A stretch of 54,348 nt of DNA from an uncultured Oligoflexus sp. Its GTDB lineage: Bacteria; Bdellovibrionota_B; Oligoflexia; Oligoflexales; Oligoflexaceae. Made by a program: the position numbers and the translations under genes. The stretch spans positions 1 to 54,348 of the forward strand of contig CAXSGP010000020.1 in the NCBI GenBank assembly GCA_964236955.1, read 5' to 3'. This document shows positions 50,279-54,348 of this stretch, piece by piece. The notes beneath the pieces are model-generated. The model searched no databases. It worked only from the letters and a program-made list of their open reading frames with translations, and was not told where the DNA came from. Position 1 is the first letter of the stretch, and each line of letters begins with the position of its first letter.

Positions 50279-50659
50279 ATGAATAAAGATGATGCCTATT
50301 GGTTGCGCGTTTGCTACGTAGTTTTTGGTGCGATAGTAGCTTACACAGCGTGGAAAGCCACGGGAACTATCGGCGTTCAAACAGGATGGGCTGACCGGTT
50401 CGATGAGTGGTATCCCACTGCCTCAGGTGCAGTTGCGGTGCTCGTTGCTCTTGGAGCAAGCTTTTATTTGTTCGCTGATAAAGAACGGCATGAATATTTT
50501 TTATCCGCCCTGGGCGAATTAAGAAAAGTGAGCTGGCCGACGGTCCTTGACACACGGCGCATGACAACTGTGGTTTGTATTGTAGTTGGGATATTTGCGG
50601 TTATTCTTTCAATCTTTGACCTTGTTTGGGCAAAGATTTTTGGTCTCCTTCTGTCTTGA
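50279..50659 (+). CDS. secE: Preprotein translocase subunit SecE (three-TM form)
   Basis: ELRKVSWPT motif plus C-terminal TM; lies between tRNA-Trp and nusG. Confidence 0.93.
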   Translation: MNKDDAYWLRVCYVVFGAIVAYTAWKATGTIGVQTGWADRFDEWYPTASGAVAVLVALGASFYLFADKERHEYFLSALGELRKVSWPTVLDTRRMTTVVCIVVGIFAVILSIFDLVWAKIFGLLLS

Positions 50660-50778
50660 GTGACACTCTTCCTGAGCGCTTTACTGAAGAAAGCAAGGTC
50701 GGTCCTTAGAGGCGATTGTGGTCTTCAGGAAAGCTCCCCATTTTCTTCCCTGAATCCCAACAGTAGCAAGCTCGGCGT

Positions 50779-50806
50779 TTGCATACCAAATATCGAGTGT
50801 TATAAT
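50779..50806 (+). promoter_or_regulatory. Internal promoter upstream of nusG (extended -10)
   Basis: TTGCAT-N16-TATAAT with TGn immediately upstream of the -10. Confidence 0.65.
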
Positions 50807-50905
50807 GTCTCGTCTATTTATGTCGACTGTAGTGGCAGGGTTCTCGCATGAGCCGGCTGAGGTGCGACAGGATTCATGAACCTTTGTATGCAAAGAGGCT
50901 GTTCG

Positions 50906-51457
50906 ATGACTTACGATCTGAAATGGTACGTTATCCATACCTATTCGGGCTTCGAGGAGAAGGCGAAAGCTGGTCTTATCGATAGAGCCAAGAGTGAAGA
51001 TCAGCAGGAAAAATTCGGTGATATCTACATTCCTCACACTGTCAGTGAGACGGTAAATAAGGCCGGCAAAAAACGCTCGGTCTCACGCACCTCGTTTCCA
51101 GGCTACATTATCGTTCAGATGCATCTTGATGATGCCTCGATGCACATCGTCAAGAGCACCCCCAAAATCACAGGATTCGTCGGCAACGCGCGCCATCCCA
51201 AGTCGCTGCCAGATCATGAGGTCCTGCGACTGACCAACCCTGAGGCTGTTCAAGAAGAGACCGCCGGCGGGGTGGTGGAAACTGAGTTCCACTTTGCCAA
51301 AGGTGACTCGGTGAAAGTCATGGATGGTCCTTTCAGTAACTTCGACGGTGTCATCGACGAAGTTCGTCCCGATAAAATGAAGGTTCGTGTGCTAGTCAGT
51401 ATCTTCGGAAGAGAGACTCCTGTAGAGCTAGACTTCAGTCAGGTCGACAAGATTTAA
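50906..51457 (+). CDS. nusG: Transcription termination/antitermination factor NusG
   Basis: [24 protein letters not shown] and [14 protein letters not shown]. Confidence 0.97.
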   Translation: MTYDLKWYVIHTYSGFEEKAKAGLIDRAKSEDQQEKFGDIYIPHTVSETVNKAGKKRSVSRTSFPGYIIVQMHLDDASMHIVKSTPKITGFVGNARHPKSLPDHEVLRLTNPEAVQEETAGGVVETEFHFAKGDSVKVMDGPFSNFDGVIDEVRPDKMKVRVLVSIFGRETPVELDFSQVDKI

Positions 51458-51506
51458 GTCTTAGTCTGAATGGTATTCATTAGCATCTTGCATGCCAATT
51501 AAAAGC

Positions 51507-51535
51507 TTGACCCTCTCTTGGAAATAGCGTAAACC
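51507..51535 (+). promoter_or_regulatory. Putative rplK promoter
   Basis: TTGACC-N17-TAAACC. Confidence 0.4.
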
Positions 51536-51593
51536 CCCTGTTCCAAGTCTTGATTCAGATCGCTATTTGGTAGTGCGAATAAGGAGCAGAAAC

Positions 51594-52016
51594 GTGGCAA
51601 AGAAAATTGTCGGATTTATCAAATTGCAGATTCCGGCAGGCAAAGCAAACCCGGCTCCTCCAATTGGTCCAGCCCTCGGTCAACGGGGTGTAAATATAAT
51701 GGCCTTTTGTAAGGAGTTCAACGCAAAGACTACCAAGCAGGTTGGCTCCATTCTGCCTACCGTGATTACAGTTTTTGCAGACAAGTCTTTTAGCTTTATC
51801 ACTAAAAGTCCTCCCGCTTCTGATCTGCTCAAGAAGGCAGCAAAGCTCGAGAGCGGATCCAAGACACCCGGTACAGCGATTGCAGGTTCGGTAACGATGG
51901 CTCAGGTAAAAGAGATCGCCAAGACGAAAATGGAAGATCTTAACGCTTATGAAGAAGATGCAGCGGTTAAGATTATTCTAGGGTCTGCGCGCAGCATGGG
52001 ACTCGAAGTTAAATAA
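51594..52016 (+). CDS. rplK: 50S ribosomal protein L11
   Basis: [30 protein letters not shown] before GTG. Confidence 0.98.
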   Translation: MAKKIVGFIKLQIPAGKANPAPPIGPALGQRGVNIMAFCKEFNAKTTKQVGSILPTVITVFADKSFSFITKSPPASDLLKKAAKLESGSKTPGTAIAGSVTMAQVKEIAKTKMEDLNAYEEDAAVKIILGSARSMGLEVK

Positions 52017-52033
52017 GTCCTGCTTAATAAATA

Positions 52034-52066
52034 GTAGGAGAGTCTAAAACGGCTCGATTGGACTAC
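52034..52066 (+). promoter_or_regulatory. Putative L1-binding autoregulatory RNA site
   Basis: GTAG-GA-GAGTC-loop-GGCTC-GATTGGA-CTAC has the L1 kink-like stem/GA-bulge architecture and abuts the rplA SD. Confidence 0.65.
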
Positions 52067-52076
52067 GGAGAATAAA

Positions 52077-52772
52077 ATGGCTAAACGCGGTAAGAAGTAT
52101 CGTGCAGCCCTCGCGAAAGTAGATCGTGATAAAAATTACGATCTCCTAGAGGCCTGCAAACTCGTGAAAGAAACGTCCTTCTCCAAAATGGACGCGTCCG
52201 TTGACCTTGCTGTCAATTTAGGAGTCGATCCGCGTCATGCGGACCAAAACCTCCGCGGCGCAATCCTCCTCCCACATGGGCTTGGTAAAAAAGTTCGTAT
52301 CGTGGTATTCGCTAGAGGCGAAAAAGCGATCGAAGCAACAAACCTCGGTGCCGATGCAGTCGGTGGTGATGATCTGGCGAAGCGTATCAGTGAAGGCTGG
52401 TTAGACTTTGATCAGGTTATTGCGACTCCAGATATGATGGGCGTTGTGGGCAAGCTTGGTAAGGTGCTAGGTCCTCGCGGCCTGATGCCTAACCCTAAAC
52501 TTGGTACCGTGACATTCGAAGTAGAAAAAGCTATTAACGAACTTCGTTCTGGCCGCGCCGAGTACCGCGTAGACAAAGCAGGGATAGTACACCTTTCTAT
52601 CGGTCGTACTAACTTCACTCCTGAAAATCTCGCTGACAACGCTCGCACCATTATCGATGTTCTGCTTAAAGTAAAGCCTTCGACTGCTAAGGGTACCTAC
52701 CTGAAGAAGCTTGGTCTTTCGGCGACGATGGGTCCCGGCGTGCGTGTTGACAGCACTCCCTACAAGCTCTAA
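52077..52772 (+). CDS. rplA: 50S ribosomal protein L1
   Basis: [13 protein letters not shown]...LPHG.GK and [16 protein letters not shown]. Confidence 0.98.
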   Translation: MAKRGKKYRAALAKVDRDKNYDLLEACKLVKETSFSKMDASVDLAVNLGVDPRHADQNLRGAILLPHGLGKKVRIVVFARGEKAIEATNLGADAVGGDDLAKRISEGWLDFDQVIATPDMMGVVGKLGKVLGPRGLMPNPKLGTVTFEVEKAINELRSGRAEYRVDKAGIVHLSIGRTNFTPENLADNARTIIDVLLKVKPSTAKGTYLKKLGLSATMGPGVRVDSTPYKL

Positions 52773-52787
52773 GAGAGGATGTGACTC

Positions 52788-53312
52788 ATGGATCGTAAAG
52801 GTAAAGAACAAATCCGCGAAATCGCTGCGGAACGTTTCTCAAAGTCTAAGGCTGTTATTCTAGCCGAATACCGCGGCTTGACAGTGGAAGAGCTTACAAA
52901 ATTACGGGTTGAACTTCGCAAAGCTTCGGCAGAATTCAAAATCGTAAAGAACCGAATTGCTAAAAAGGCAATCTCCATCGAACAGCAACAGTTCGAAGGT
53001 TTGTCAAAAAGCTTTAAGGGCCCCATCGGCGTAATCTACGCATATGGTGACTCAGCTCAGGCGACTAAGACTGCACTTAACTTTGAGAAGGATCATGCCA
53101 ACTTCAAAGTCACTGCAGGTCAACTAGACGGTGCGGCATACACAAAGACTCAGCTTCAGCTTATCGCAGATTTGCCATCCAAAGAAGTATTGTTGGCGCA
53201 GATCATCGGTACATTGGTCGCTCCTCACAGAGGAATACTCAATGTGCTTAACGGCGTGAATCTAAACTTGGTCCGAGTGATCAATGCCATTAAAGATAAG
53301 AAAACTGCTTAA
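52788..53312 (+). CDS. rplJ: 50S ribosomal protein L10
   Basis: EYRGLTV..LT.LR..LR, VKN and LPSKEVLLAQ. Confidence 0.96.
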   Translation: MDRKGKEQIREIAAERFSKSKAVILAEYRGLTVEELTKLRVELRKASAEFKIVKNRIAKKAISIEQQQFEGLSKSFKGPIGVIYAYGDSAQATKTALNFEKDHANFKVTAGQLDGAAYTKTQLQLIADLPSKEVLLAQIIGTLVAPHRGILNVLNGVNLNLVRVINAIKDKKTA

Positions 53313-53371
53313 TCCAAGAATTTCTTATTCAGGGTAAAAGCTAATCCGGTGTGATTTGGGAGGAAGACGTT

Positions 53372-53746
53372 ATGTCCAAAGCTACTAAAGATCAAGTCGT
53401 TGAGTTTCTCGAAAATTTGACTCTTCTCGAAGCTGCTGAGCTCGTTAAAGAGCTTGAAGAAAAGTTCGGTGTAAGCGCTGCCGCTCCGATGGCATTTGCT
53501 CCAGCCGCAGCAGCTGCTGCTCCAGTTGAAGAGAAGACAGAGTTCACAGTTATGCTGTTGGACGCTGGCGCTCAAAAAATCAACGTCATCAAAGAAGTTC
53601 GCGCGATCACAGGCCTCGGCTTGAAAGAAGCGAAAGACCTTGTTGAAGGCGCTCCAAAGGAAGTTAAAGCTAACATTCCTAAAGACGACGCTCAGAAGAT
53701 CAAAGAAGTTCTCGAAAAAGCTGGCGCTAAAGTCGAAGTTAAGTAA
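53372..53746 (+). CDS. rplL: 50S ribosomal protein L7/L12
   Basis: [16 protein letters not shown] and [12 protein letters not shown]. Confidence 0.98.
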   Translation: MSKATKDQVVEFLENLTLLEAAELVKELEEKFGVSAAAPMAFAPAAAAAAPVEEKTEFTVMLLDAGAQKINVIKEVRAITGLGLKEAKDLVEGAPKEVKANIPKDDAQKIKEVLEKAGAKVEVK

Positions 53747-53756
53747 GTTCGAAGTC

Positions 53757-53809
53757 GGGAAGCATGTGCTAACCATTTAAAGTGGCTTAGCATATCTTTC
53801 CGCTTTTTT
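53757..53809 (+). terminator. Terminator/attenuator after rplL
   Basis: GGAAG.ATGTGCTAA.CCA..TGG.TTAGCATAT.CTTTCC hairpin followed by GCTTTTTT. Confidence 0.65.
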
Positions 53810-54274
53810 GTTGCTTAAATTCCATATATCCTGTTGACTTTGAGGATATGTGATGCAGATGTTCGATCGAGCCGTCCAAGGCAAGTCATATTGCCAAATA
53901 CGCGTTCTTTAAGGCTTCTGCCGGTTTAATCGGATCAAGAATGGTTAAAGTTGCCGCAAATAAGGTGGGGGGTTTATTACCCTGCACTCCTCTTTAGAAG
54001 GTCAAAAAGACCTAGTAGAGGCGGTGGCTTTTTATTTTTGGTGCACCACAGTCAAGCTATCCTGAATTCTAAGCTGTTTTGCCGTATCCATTCCTGTATC
54101 GGTACAACGCAAGAGTTTAGGGACTTGTGAATTTCTTCAATATTGGCATGGGTATCATTCACTGAGTTTGGGCGCTTACCGCAAATTAACTCATTTTATG
54201 ATAGCTGTGCAAGTTCTCGTGGAAGCGTTGGTTTCTACGCTGCAAAAACAGGATTCCTTCAATAGGAGTGCTCA

Positions 54275-54348
54275 ATGACCTCCCTTGCTTCCAGTTTTAC
54301 TCGTCCTCGAAAACGATTTGAAAAAATTGCCCCGGCTATTGACATACC
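54275..54348 (+). CDS. rpoB: RNA polymerase beta subunit, 5' end (truncated by the window)
   Basis: AGGAG RBS; MTSLASSFTRPRKRFEKIAPAIDIP fits the RpoB N-terminal RKxFxKI...P pattern; lies after rplL. Confidence 0.85.
   Translation, partial: MTSLASSFTRPRKRFEKIAPAIDI

Noticed and set aside
50660..50851. 63-aa ORF between secE and nusG
   Set aside because: No recognisable protein, and it overlaps promoter elements.

Overview
This is a core-genome window (about 50% GC) from a bacterium whose gene content suggests Bdellovibrionota/Oligoflexia or another deltaproteobacterium-like lineage (inference). It holds about 50 CDS, mostly housekeeping: typA, sdaA, asnS, rplM-rpsI, sucB-lpdA-sucA, dnaX, lysC, recQ, ald, tadA, several RNA methyltransferases, ntrY, and tuf-secE-nusG-rplKAJL-rpoB(5' end). 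It also has 6 tRNAs and the SRP RNA. I found no CRISPR array, IS element or prophage. The most notable observations are: (1) a divergent pair of exported oxidative enzymes, a plant-type L-gulonolactone-oxidase-like flavoprotein with the plant 6-Cys C-terminal tail and a Tat-signal carotenoid-oxygenase-fold protein that appears to have a His-to-Asp iron-ligand swap; (2) several intact genes with apparently dead active sites, namely a Xer-like tyrosine recombinase lacking its catalytic Tyr and coupled to tadA, an MglA-like GTPase lacking its Arg/Thr/Gln residues with no mglB and a degenerate Nudix-like neighbour, and a Ser-less alpha/beta-hydrolase lipoprotein; (3) an ntrX reduced to its receiver domain with a decayed HTH remnant downstream, and a frameshifted yjbQ pseudogene; (4) several structured non-coding regions, namely the rplM leader, the trmO-typA intergenic region, an L1 site and the rpoB leader. 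All family calls come from motif recognition by eye, not database searches.
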